From IMG/VR virus record IMGVR_UViG_3300037400_003271, positions 1 through 64,000 of that record: a stretch of DNA of 64,000 nucleotides, one strand, 5' to 3'. Below the pieces are notes generated by a model. That model saw only the letters and a list, made by a program, of their open reading frames with translations. It was not told the origin of the DNA and made no database searches. A program made the position numbers and the translations under genes. The stretch is from a virus. Lineage: Duplodnaviria > Caudoviricetes. Shown here piece by piece: positions 9,746-19,900 of this stretch (positions within the stretch are counted from its first letter, which is position 1; each line of letters starts with the position of its first letter).

Positions 9746-12700
9746 ATGGCAGTAGAAATTCCGGTAGTTATTGATATAGACAAGGCGTTTGAGGACGCCG
9801 CGAAGAGTGTTGATTCTGCTATCAAGCCACTTCAAAGAAAAATTTCGGCGAACACGCTTAAGCTCAAAATTCAAATCGGCGTCGATGACGAAGGGCACGC
9901 AGTAACGACTACATTCAAAAAGATTAAGGACGGCTCTATTCACGAGCTTTCCACTCTCCAGAACGCCATTTCAAGCGTAAAGATGGCGATGATTTCTGCG
10001 GCCGAGGCGGGAGACAAGGCGAAATTCACATCTCTTCTCGAGGCAAAGACCTATTTGGAAGATATGGTGAGGGCCTCGGAGGTGCTTCGCCTCGATATGG
10101 ATGGCATCGCGAAGACAATGGCGGGGCTTAATGCCAGGATGTCTGCCGCAAGAGAGACATTTGCGAACACCAGAATCAACAGCGCGGACTGGCGTGCGGC
10201 CGCGAGGGAGATCCAGAAAGTCACGGCCGAGATGGACAAGGCCCAGCGAAAAGTCGCAGAAATGGGGACGAAGGCGGGCAGCATCGATCGGCTGAATATG
10301 AAAATCAGCGAATTGCGTGACAAGTGGAACGCAATGAGCCGCGCGCAGAAGTTCGATGCGGACGGGAACTTGAAAGCCTCGGCGAGAAGGGTCGTCGAGC
10401 AATACAAGAAGGTTTCAGAGGAGGCGGCCAAATTTGGTCAATCGCTGGAGGCGACCGCGCGCGGCGCGAACAATGAGACGAAGAAACTCGAGAAGAATGT
10501 TCGTAATGTCAACAGAGAACTCGAGCAGTCGGAGTCGAAACTGGCGATGTTGGTAAAGAACTCTCTTCGCCTGCTCGCCATTCATTCCGCAGGCACGTTT
10601 GTCAGAAATATCCGAGAGGTAACGTCCGAGTTCGAACTGCAAAGGGTAGCCCTCGCGTCAATCATTCAGGACACGGAAAAAGCAGAATCTCTGTTCAAGC
10701 AAATCAAGGCTGCTGCGGTGGAGTCTCCGTTCCAGATCAAGGAACTTGTGACGTATACAAAGCAGCTCTCCGCGTATCAGATAGAAACAGAGAAACTGTT
10801 CGACACGACCCAGAAGCTCGCCGACATTTCCGCCGGTCTCGGCGTTGATATGGGCCGACTCATCCTGGCTTTTGGACAGGTGCGCGCCGCGGCCGTACTC
10901 CGCGGCCAGGAGCTCAGGCAGTTCACGGAAGCCGGCATACCGTTGGTGGAACGCCTCGCTGACAAATTCACCGAGCTTAACGGGAGGATCGTGTCTACGT
11001 CGGAGGTCTTTGAACTCATATCCAAGCGGGCTGTTCCGTTTGCTATGATCGAGGAGATCTTCAATGACCTCACCAGCGCTGGCGGCGCCTTCTACCAGAT
11101 GCAGGAGAAGCAGGCAGAGACGTTGCTCGGCCAGTGGAACAACCTTAAGGACTCGATCAGCATTATGTATGACGAGATCGGAAATACAAAGGCGGTTCAC
11201 TCTGCGATGGAGGGCCTTATTTCCGATGCGAAGAAAATAATGCAGAACTGGAGGAGCGTAGCCACGATTATTAAGTTTGTCGGGACGCAGTATGTCTTTC
11301 TGAAAATTGCCTCGGCGTTTCTCCCGACGCTTACATACAATACGAAGATGCTCGAGAAGGCCGAGCTTGCCGAAGCGAGAGCGAAGCAACTATCGAACGC
11401 TGCGCACAGGTCCGGAAACAAGATCCTTGACATGTCAGCAAAGTCTACCAAGGCATACGCTTTATACACGCTCAAGGCAGCCAGGTCCGCCACGCAGTTT
11501 GGCCGCGCCATAAACGGAATAAAGGCTTTTTTGTCTGGCAACTGGGTTGCGATACTCATATCCGCGCTTACCCTGTTGGCAGCCAAGTTCGTTGCTGCGA
11601 GGAAAGAAGCGAACAGGCTGAACGAAGAGCTCTCGAAGATAGAAGGGGAAGGCGTTACGAAAATAGAGCAGTCCATCAGGAATTTCTCCCGGCTCGCGGA
11701 CGCAGCTGTCAAATCAATAGACGGGACAAAAGAACAGCGCGAGGCCGTTGATGAACTCGTTAGGACCTACGGCGACCTGCTTCCTCCGGCCGACAAGGTC
11801 GTAGACAAACTGCGTGAGATGAACGGCGAATACAAGGACCTGACAGACGCGATCCGGCACAAGATTGACCTTCAGATACAGGAGCAGAAGGTTGAGGAGA
11901 TTCTCTCGGAGTTCGGCACGAAGATTGGCGGTAAACGGGATTCTCTGAAGAAGATACTCAAAGAGCAGGGGTTCACCAGCGCGGAGGTCTCCGGGATTAT
12001 GTCGGAAGTAGAGAGCGCGGTGAAAGAAGGACTCGTATCCACCGAGATGGATGTAGCCGCTCAGGCTAAAGCCATCGAGGGTATAATTAAGGACTATACC
12101 GGGAAATACATCAAGCTGACGGAATCCGCATACGCGTCTGTCGCCGGCACGAACCAGAAGGTTTACCAGGGCGAGCGCTCGACGAAACTTTCAAGGACGT
12201 TCTCCGATCTCATCAAGCTCTTCGGCGATATGAACGGGAAGATTCAGGAGGTCGAGGAATCTATGGAAGATGGCGGTGGCGTGCTCGGGAAATATGCAAA
12301 AGAGTGGAAAGACCTCAAGGAGGAGATCTCTCAGATGCCGATGACCGGCGATACGCGGTTCGAGCAGAACGAGTCGAAAATTGAGAACTATGTCAGCAAG
12401 GCGGTCTCTTTTATGGAAGAGAAGTTCAGGGCTGCCGAGATCGACGTCTCTGGCGCGTTTGACGCCAACAAGATCGATTTCGATGTTCTCACGCAGCTCG
12501 TCGAAAACATCAAGGACAAGGAGGCGCAGGCTTCCATGCGTACGATCATAAAAGACTTCAAGAAAGAGTACGACAAGTTGGTTCCAGACGATGTGATCGT
12601 AGATTTGGTAAAAAGCAAATTCAAGGAGATCTCGGAGAACACGGGAATATCTTTGGATAAGTTCACCTCATACGTCAAGAAGGCTGGAGATGACAACAAG

Positions 12701-15484
12701 GAGTACATTGAGAATCTCGGAGATAGCATAAAGAAGTTCCGCGACGACGCAGAGTCTCTGCAGGAGGCGATGAAGATATTCCCCGAATCCGACACAGAGC
12801 GAAACCGGAAGAAGGTTAAAGAGTACACCGATATGGCGAACTCGCTCCAGATTGTGTACGACTTATTGGTCGGGATAATCAATTTGAACACGAGCGGAGG
12901 AGGAACATACAAGCAGGATCCGTTTATCAAGAACATGCAGGACCGCATAAAGTTTATGCAGGACTTCAAGAAGGGGTATGACAGCCTGAATAAGTACATG
13001 ACAAGTAGCGGCGCGCTGGCTCGGCAGTTTGACATTATGCAGTCCCGCGGCCTGTCTATTGGCATTGACCCTGCAGAGCAGAAGCGCGCGGCCGGAGAAC
13101 TTTCCGCCTGGTATGAAGACGCAATCAACGAAGCCTTTGAAGAGGCAAAGAAACACGGCGCGTCTGGTAGCATCACGGCGTTTATGAGCAAGCAGATTGA
13201 GGACAATACAAACCGCGGGAAGATGTTGAAGAGCTTCCAGGACCTCATTCACTCCCTTTGGGACGCGAAGACCGACTTCGATACCAGTCAGCTCAAGAAG
13301 GATCTTGAGGATGCGCTGAAGCGCGTCACAGAAGAGGTGAAGCGGTCAGACACGGCTCGAAACTTATTCCAGAACATCCTCGACTTAACCGGAGACGAGG
13401 AGGTGTCCAGGAGCATCACGCTAAGCGTTTACGGAGAGCCTGGAGTGGATTTTAAAGGCTCTCTCCAGAAGCAGCTCGACGCCGCATTTATGTCTCTCGA
13501 CTGGTCTGAGCTTCCGGATGATATCTGGGGGCAGCTTTCTACGGCCATCGCTTCGCAGGACTTCGATACAATTATCGGGTATATCGGCCTCTTCCCGACC
13601 GCGTGGCAAGATGCCATTAAGCAGATGAAGGCGGATAATGAAAAGTTCAACGCGAGCTGGGTGTCCGACATTCTCAAAACCTATCAGAAGACAAAGTCTT
13701 TCGAGGAAAGAATGACCGACGTGCGAAAGCGTGAGGAGCAGAAGCGCAAAGAAATCGCCGAGAGCAAAACTCTTGGCGACGAGGAGAAGGCGGCTCTTAT
13801 TGCGGCCTCCAACAGAAAAGAGGCGGAAGACATTGCTTCTATCCAGGTCGAAGCACTGAAGGCCACATACGAGTGGACGAAGGCATTCGAAGACCTTGAC
13901 AGGGTCGGCAACAAGACGCTGACTGGTCTTCGTGATAAAATCGTAGCGCTTATAGAGGCGGAGAGCGGCAACCTTACTGCAGAGGAACTCAAGACGCTCC
14001 GCCAGGAGCTCGAGAAGATCAACGATGTTCTCGCAGAGAGAGACCCGTTCTCGGCGATTGTGTCCGGCGGGAACAGAATGCTGCTTATCATGCGGGCAAT
14101 GAAGCAGAGCAAGGGTACCGAAGCATACTCGGAGGCCATCGCGAAGATTAAGCAGTTTAACGAGACCGCGAAAGATTCAGACAAGATTGACATCGATCAC
14201 CTCGAAGACTCCTTCCGGGACGCGAACAAGGATCTCGAGAAGGGAATTAGCGGCGTGGCAGACTATCTATCTGCTTGGAAGAGCGTGGTCGACACGGTGT
14301 CTGATGCGTTCAACCTCGACGAGGTTCCCGTCCTGGGCGAGACGCTTGAAGGCGTCTCGGATGCCCTGTCTTTCGTCGCGTCCATCCTGCCCGTAATCAT
14401 CACGCTGAACGGCATCCTGAACGGGACCCTGATGATGAACCCGATCATCGCCGCTGGCGCTGGCATTGTCGCTATTGTCGGGGCGATTGTCGGCCTCGTG
14501 AAGGGCCTCGTGAACGCAAAGGTGGAGCGACTGAACAAAAAGATAGAGGAACAGGAGAAACTGATTGACAGCCTCGAGCGGTCGTATGACCGCCTCGATT
14601 CTGCGATCGAGAAAGCCTTCGGCTCCGACTACATCTACAACTACACGAAGCAGCTTGAGATCCTCGCCGCGAAGCAGGCCGCCTACGAGGAGCAGGCCCG
14701 CCTTGAGAGCGAGAAGGGCAAGAAGGCGGACAAGGACAAGATCGAGGACTACACGAACGCGGCTCGGGACGCTGAAGACGCCATTGCGGATATGAAGGGC
14801 CAGCTCGCCGAGTTCTTCACGGATACCGATGTAACGTCGGCGGCAACGGAATTCGCGACCGCGTGGATTGACGCGTACAAGGAGTTCGGAAGCACGACTG
14901 ACGCCATGAAGGAGAAGTTCAACGATATGGTCCAGTCAATGATCACGAAGTCTCTTGCCGCGAAGATAATGCAGTCCGTACTGCAGCCGCTCTTCGACCA
15001 GATCGACGAGATGGCCCAGTCCGGCGGCGAGCTCTCCGCACAGGAGATCGCCCAGATTGCTAACCTCGCCCCGGAGTACATCAACCAGATCAGCGACGCG
15101 ATGAACTCGCTAATGGCACAGATGTCTGCAGCTGGGTATAACCTGCGACAGCGGGTTGGAGGTTTCACCGGCATCAAGCGCGACATCGCCAACGCCAGCG
15201 AGGAGTCCATTAACGGGCTGGCTACTGGAATCAACACGCAGAACTTCTATATGCAGCTGATCAGCCAGAACGTGGCGGCCATCCTTGCCGTATTGACCGG
15301 CAGCGCGGAGGTCTCCGGCCCCGCGGGCGCCGCGGCCGTCACGGACCCGTACAAGGACCAGATGCTGCAGTATGTCAGCGCGCTTCCGCAGATGCGCGAC
15401 GACATAGCCGCGATGCGTTCGATGTGGGAGAAGGTAATCCGGCCTAACGGCACGAGCGCTACGCATTATGTGTCTACGAGATAA
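9746..15484 (+). CDS. Tape measure protein
   Basis: 1912 aa helical; tape-measure domain (FQIKELVTYTKQLSAY...GQELRQFTEAGIPL); hydrophobic segments. Confidence 0.92.
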   Translation: MAVEIPVVIDIDKAFEDAAKSVDSAIKPLQRKISANTLKLKIQIGVDDEGHAVTTTFKKIKDGSIHELSTLQNAISSVKMAMISAAEAGDKAKFTSLLEAKTYLEDMVRASEVLRLDMDGIAKTMAGLNARMSAARETFANTRINSADWRAAAREIQKVTAEMDKAQRKVAEMGTKAGSIDRLNMKISELRDKWNAMSRAQKFDADGNLKASARRVVEQYKKVSEEAAKFGQSLEATARGANNETKKLEKNVRNVNRELEQSESKLAMLVKNSLRLLAIHSAGTFVRNIREVTSEFELQRVALASIIQDTEKAESLFKQIKAAAVESPFQIKELVTYTKQLSAYQIETEKLFDTTQKLADISAGLGVDMGRLILAFGQVRAAAVLRGQELRQFTEAGIPLVERLADKFTELNGRIVSTSEVFELISKRAVPFAMIEEIFNDLTSAGGAFYQMQEKQAETLLGQWNNLKDSISIMYDEIGNTKAVHSAMEGLISDAKKIMQNWRSVATIIKFVGTQYVFLKIASAFLPTLTYNTKMLEKAELAEARAKQLSNAAHRSGNKILDMSAKSTKAYALYTLKAARSATQFGRAINGIKAFLSGNWVAILISALTLLAAKFVAARKEANRLNEELSKIEGEGVTKIEQSIRNFSRLADAAVKSIDGTKEQREAVDELVRTYGDLLPPADKVVDKLREMNGEYKDLTDAIRHKIDLQIQEQKVEEILSEFGTKIGGKRDSLKKILKEQGFTSAEVSGIMSEVESAVKEGLVSTEMDVAAQAKAIEGIIKDYTGKYIKLTESAYASVAGTNQKVYQGERSTKLSRTFSDLIKLFGDMNGKIQEVEESMEDGGGVLGKYAKEWKDLKEEISQMPMTGDTRFEQNESKIENYVSKAVSFMEEKFRAAEIDVSGAFDANKIDFDVLTQLVENIKDKEAQASMRTIIKDFKKEYDKLVPDDVIVDLVKSKFKEISENTGISLDKFTSYVKKAGDDNKEYIENLGDSIKKFRDDAESLQEAMKIFPESDTERNRKKVKEYTDMANSLQIVYDLLVGIINLNTSGGGTYKQDPFIKNMQDRIKFMQDFKKGYDSLNKYMTSSGALARQFDIMQSRGLSIGIDPAEQKRAAGELSAWYEDAINEAFEEAKKHGASGSITAFMSKQIEDNTNRGKMLKSFQDLIHSLWDAKTDFDTSQLKKDLEDALKRVTEEVKRSDTARNLFQNILDLTGDEEVSRSITLSVYGEPGVDFKGSLQKQLDAAFMSLDWSELPDDIWGQLSTAIASQDFDTIIGYIGLFPTAWQDAIKQMKADNEKFNASWVSDILKTYQKTKSFEERMTDVRKREEQKRKEIAESKTLGDEEKAALIAASNRKEAEDIASIQVEALKATYEWTKAFEDLDRVGNKTLTGLRDKIVALIEAESGNLTAEELKTLRQELEKINDVLAERDPFSAIVSGGNRMLLIMRAMKQSKGTEAYSEAIAKIKQFNETAKDSDKIDIDHLEDSFRDANKDLEKGISGVADYLSAWKSVVDTVSDAFNLDEVPVLGETLEGVSDALSFVASILPVIITLNGILNGTLMMNPIIAAGAGIVAIVGAIVGLVKGLVNAKVERLNKKIEEQEKLIDSLERSYDRLDSAIEKAFGSDYIYNYTKQLEILAAKQAAYEEQARLESEKGKKADKDKIEDYTNAARDAEDAIADMKGQLAEFFTDTDVTSAATEFATAWIDAYKEFGSTTDAMKEKFNDMVQSMITKSLAAKIMQSVLQPLFDQIDEMAQSGGELSAQEIAQIANLAPEYINQISDAMNSLMAQMSAAGYNLRQRVGGFTGIKRDIANASEESINGLATGINTQNFYMQLISQNVAAILAVLTGSAEVSGPAGAAAVTDPYKDQMLQYVSALPQMRDDIAAMRSMWEKVIRPNGTSATHYVSTR

Positions 15485-15576
15485 CAATTTGGCACGAAAT
15501 TTGGTGTCTTTCGCATAATCTCTCAGGCATTACGTTTTTTTTCTCCGGCAGTTGTGAAATTCCCGGAGAAATTTTT

Positions 15577-15584
15577 TATATTTG
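15577..15584 (+). promoter_or_regulatory. Bacteroidota -7 promoter box
   Basis: TATATTTG 9 nt before ATG 15594, just after the inverted repeat TTCTCCGG...CCGGAGAA (15541-15570). Confidence 0.6.
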
Positions 15585-15593
15585 CGATGTATC

Positions 15594-16085
15594 ATGGAAC
15601 AGGACTGGAAAAGACAACTCCGCCGCGAGGCTTCTGCGCACGGTATGTGCCGAGAAAACAGGGACGCTCTTGACCGCATTGAGGACAAGGGCTCCGCTAT
15701 CAGCCTCTACAAGAAGACCATTGACTGGGCCCTGGAGGTCGGATACCCGAGTTTCAGCACGCTCCAACGGTATTTCTCCGACTGCGGTAACTACGGCGTG
15801 TTCGTGAACCGCGAGTTCCACGGAGAGATTCTCAACGACCAGAAAGTTTATGTTTTCCATCACTGCTCCGGATGGGTCCGCGTCGGCTTGAATGTCGCGA
15901 AGCGGATCATCCCGATGCTCTATTTCGCGAACGGGTGCGATATGGTCCTGCGCCCGTCCGGCCCGTCCGACCACGATGTCCGCGTTCCGCTGTATGTCTT
16001 CGGCGAGAACCTTATCAAGCCTGACGCTTCCGGCGATGTCGTTTTTAAAACCTATAAATTTGATGTGAAAAATGGAAGAGACTAA
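15594..16085 (+). CDS. Hypothetical phage protein
   Basis: ATG 15594 after promoter; tiles with the next gene. Confidence 0.6.
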   Translation: MEQDWKRQLRREASAHGMCRENRDALDRIEDKGSAISLYKKTIDWALEVGYPSFSTLQRYFSDCGNYGVFVNREFHGEILNDQKVYVFHHCSGWVRVGLNVAKRIIPMLYFANGCDMVLRPSGPSDHDVRVPLYVFGENLIKPDASGDVVFKTYKFDVKNGRD

Positions 16086-16446
16086 TGTGCTCATAGAGAT
16101 CCTGGAAAAGGTCGGGATACCGGTTCTCACGCTTATTGGCGGATGGTTTGGTGGAATTTTCCGCACGAAACAAAAAAAAGAGCAGGACATACTCACCAAT
16201 GTTACGCAAATTTTGGATATGCAGAAAAGCTACATAGCAGACCAGGACGCGGAGAACAAGAAGACAAGAGATATGAACATCCGCCTCGAGCGGAAACTGG
16301 ACGACAAGCGAGAGTCCATCCGCCAGGCGAATAAGTGCAAACACACGGCTGAAGACGGAGGGTGCCCGGTGCTGAACCACGAGGACTACCTTGACGAGAA
16401 GTGTAAGACATGCAGTTACAAGGACAATGTTGCACGCAAGAATTAA
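16072..16446 (+). CDS. Membrane-anchored coiled-coil protein (holin-like candidate)
   Basis: N-terminal hydrophobic helix (IPVLTLIGGWFGGIF), coiled coil, Cys-rich C-terminus. Confidence 0.45.
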   Translation: MEETNVLIEILEKVGIPVLTLIGGWFGGIFRTKQKKEQDILTNVTQILDMQKSYIADQDAENKKTRDMNIRLERKLDDKRESIRQANKCKHTAEDGGCPVLNHEDYLDEKCKTCSYKDNVARKN

Positions 16447-16927
16447 AATAGTTGGCACACACACAGACCCTGTCGACACGACGACCTACGGACTGGTTTA
16501 CCTGGATTCTGACAAGGTTACAGGTGCTCCGTCCAAGGGCTTCGAGTCTACGTCCTATCCAGAAGAGGAAGGCGAGCACATCATACCGAAGACCGTAGAT
16601 GCGGCCTTCGACTACAAGGCGAAGTTCTTTATACGCGCCACCTCGCTGAAGGACGCGAACGCGCTCATCAAGGAATTCAACGCCGCCCTGTACACGCAGG
16701 AGCAGGGGAGCGACGTGAAGACCTACAAGCAGGTGGAGTTCTACAACGACTACAAGAGGCATAAGGTGGTCGGATACCCGCAGCCTATCGCAGAGGCCAC
16801 CGACTTCTGGCGTGACACGAAGAATCAAGTCAACGATGTCGTTGTTGTCGAGTGGATCATTAGGGTAAACCAGCCGAGCCTCTGCGACTTCGCGCTTAGC
16901 GCATCCGCAGGCGCCGGCCAAAGCTAA
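16427..16927 (+). CDS. Distal tail (Dit-like) protein
   Basis: About 166 aa beta-rich gene directly before the large tail protein; start ATG 16427. Confidence 0.55.
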   Translation: MLHARIKIVGTHTDPVDTTTYGLVYLDSDKVTGAPSKGFESTSYPEEEGEHIIPKTVDAAFDYKAKFFIRATSLKDANALIKEFNAALYTQEQGSDVKTYKQVEFYNDYKRHKVVGYPQPIAEATDFWRDTKNQVNDVVVVEWIIRVNQPSLCDFALSASAGAGQS

Positions 16928-16933
16928 TAGAAA

Positions 16934-19900
16934 ATGATACCGGCCATCACAGAAGTCAATTTTCCGTCCTACGCGACTTTACATCAGGCAACCGTATCCC
17001 TTCAGGATATGGGTGACCGCGTTATTACCACGCAGGTCCGCATTGACGGAGACATTGTTCCAGACTTCTCCGGCTGGGAGCTCAGATTCAAGGGCGAGCG
17101 TTTCGTCCTCCCGAGCGACAACCCGCAGGCGTCGAAAGACAACACTACAAGGAATTCTATTGTCGACCTGCAGTTCCAGTCATGGGCTATACAGGAGCTG
17201 AAGCGCTATTACTTCTTCGAGGCCGCTTCGGTTTCTGCCGGCGTGGCGATCGCCGATAAGTATATCGCTCCTGTCCGGTTGAACGTCGAGGACTTTGTCG
17301 CGTTGCTGAATCAGGTCCTGCAGTATTACTTCGGCGGGAAGATCGTGGCCGACCTGTATCTTTCAGGAACCGGCATCTATTCGCAGGAGCCGAAGGCCAT
17401 AGACATCAACTACTCTTACCTGTGGGATGTCATCGGGAAGATTTTCGAGATCTACGGCGTGCGAAACAGGATCGAGTACGACGCGTCCAGCGACGTGTAC
17501 ACGATTAAGATCAACTATCCGGCGCCGGAGATTTCCGACCACGATTTCGAGTACGGCTACCAGGGCGGATTGCTGAAGTTTGAGCGTCAGGTCCAGGACG
17601 AAAGTTTGTCGAACATCCTGCTTGGCCGCGGAGGTACGAAGAACCTGCCGTACAGATATTTCAAGAAGGTCGACCCGCAGAACCAGGAATGGGCCGCAGA
17701 TCCGGACGCCATCCCTGAACTTGCCAGCATTTACTTCGATCGGCTTCACGACATCAACTTCCGTTGGTATGTTCGCGGCTGGATGCACAACCCGAACCGC
17801 GATACGAGCGGTGACGAGGCGTGGGATCCCGGCCACGTGTTCCCGACATACGAGATCTCCTCCGACTCTCCGCACTACTGGGCCTACCAGAAGGGCCTGA
17901 CTGACGAAACATTCTCGCCCGTTGAGTATGTCAAGGATGACGACTCGATCGCGGCATACGGAGAGCACTGGGGCGCGCTTGACGACAACGATGATGTGTA
18001 CCCTACCATTCAGGGCCGCAGCCGTTCCGGTATCGGACGGATTGACGAGGTTGTCGCTGTATCTCCGATAATTACCGACGATATTGACGCTATGTCGGAG
18101 GCGGCCTCTATAGAAAAGAGTATAGACTCGCTTGTAGTAAGCGTATACGCCAACAACAGGACCCAGTTTGAGATAGAGTCCAAACAGTTCACTATTCCGG
18201 CCGGGTCTGTCGGGAATATCACATATACTCCGCTGTCGAACGAGACGGTTTTCCCGAATTTCGTGAAGTACGACACGGAAAACACAAGACTTGTCGCGGT
18301 TCCTATAAGCGGCGGCGCCGAGATTCCCGCAACCGGAATCCCCGCTGGGACATATCGATTGAAGTTGTATCTCGTCCTTTCGGTCGAAAGCCCCGCGTCT
18401 GTCGCGACCGGCGACTTTGGCATAGAGAACATCGTGCTCACGATGACAGCTCAGGACGAAAACGCCTGGAAGCCTACATTCGACATCTGGGTGAAGGACA
18501 TCTGGGGGACGTCGCGGCAGCAGGGAGAGACAGACGAGCAATACTCCGAACGGGTCTGGGGGCCTATTCTCGGCGACCGCGCAGGAAACGAGGCGAAGGT
18601 GGCCTTTTCGACCGGCTTCATGGCATCGTCTTCCGACTACGAATTCGTGATTGCGTCCTATCCGGTTCCTGACACCTCGAAATCGATTGGCGGCGTCCAG
18701 TCCGCGTGGCGCATAACGCTTCGCAAATCCGACGCAGAGTTCGATGCTACGGGTCTGTATATCCCAAACGCGACAACAGGAGGGAAGCCTGTGGCTGGCG
18801 ACAAATTCTTCTTCACCGGGATCGACATGCCGCACGCGTATGTGGAGATGGGAGAAGAGGAGCTCAGTACGGTAAAGTCCGGAGAACTGCAGGGCACGGC
18901 CACGGTAAACCCGACTTGGATAATATCTCTCGACAAGGTACGAGTCAACACGCTCGAGGCCGGAGAGTTTGGGCAGACGCTTGCCGACAGACTGGCCGCT
19001 GGCGCCAAGCTCCGGGTCACAGACCCGCGGTTCTCTGGCGGAGATGTGCTGATTCTGCATGCGCAGTCCATCACATACACCTGGAACGAGCCGACGGACG
19101 ACAGTCCGTACATCGTCCCGGATATTGAGGTCGTCCTGTCCGACAAGGTCGTGTCTCGAGAGAGCAGGCAGGACAAGATCGAGTCTTCTGTCGAGCAGAT
19201 AAAGGCGCAGTACGCCAGGCTTGATGCCGTCGAGTCCGTAGTCAGAATGGTGGCCGAGCCGCTCTTCCTGAAAAAGACGGGCGAGAGCGATTCTTCGGCA
19301 TCTCCGACCCAGTTCTCGAGCAAGGTGTCTTCTAAGGGCTTCCGGCAGGGCGGCGTAGGCGGCTCCGGCTGGGGATTCTATAAAGATAACACGGACGAAC
19401 TCGCAGAGGGAGAAATCGGCGATGGGGATACCGTTCTCGAGGTTGACAGGATGGTCGTCCGCAAGGGCCTTCAGGTGAACAGCCTCGTCGTGAATCAGGT
19501 TGAATACCGCGGTGGTATGGAGGTGATCTCTGCGGCAAAGATAGAGATCTCGAAAGTCATAGAGACCAATACTCGGTATATCTGCTATTTCGACCAGCGC
19601 AAGAACAGTATCGCGAACAACTTCCAAGTCGGCGACATTGCTTACGGGCAAGTCTTCACGCCGCAGAACGCAACGCTTCGCTACTACAAGTGCAAGGTCG
19701 AGGCGGTTGACATAGACCGCGTCGAACTCTCGAAGACGGTGAAGGACGGATCTGGCGTTCCTCAGGCCGGAGACATCATCGTCCAGTACGGCAGTTACAC
19801 GGACGCCGCCCGCCAGTATGTCATCGTCCGTGATGTTATTGGCGGAGGCTATGAGCGCATGATCTCCGGGCTTAACGCCGTGGATGCGCCGGGCGCCGAG

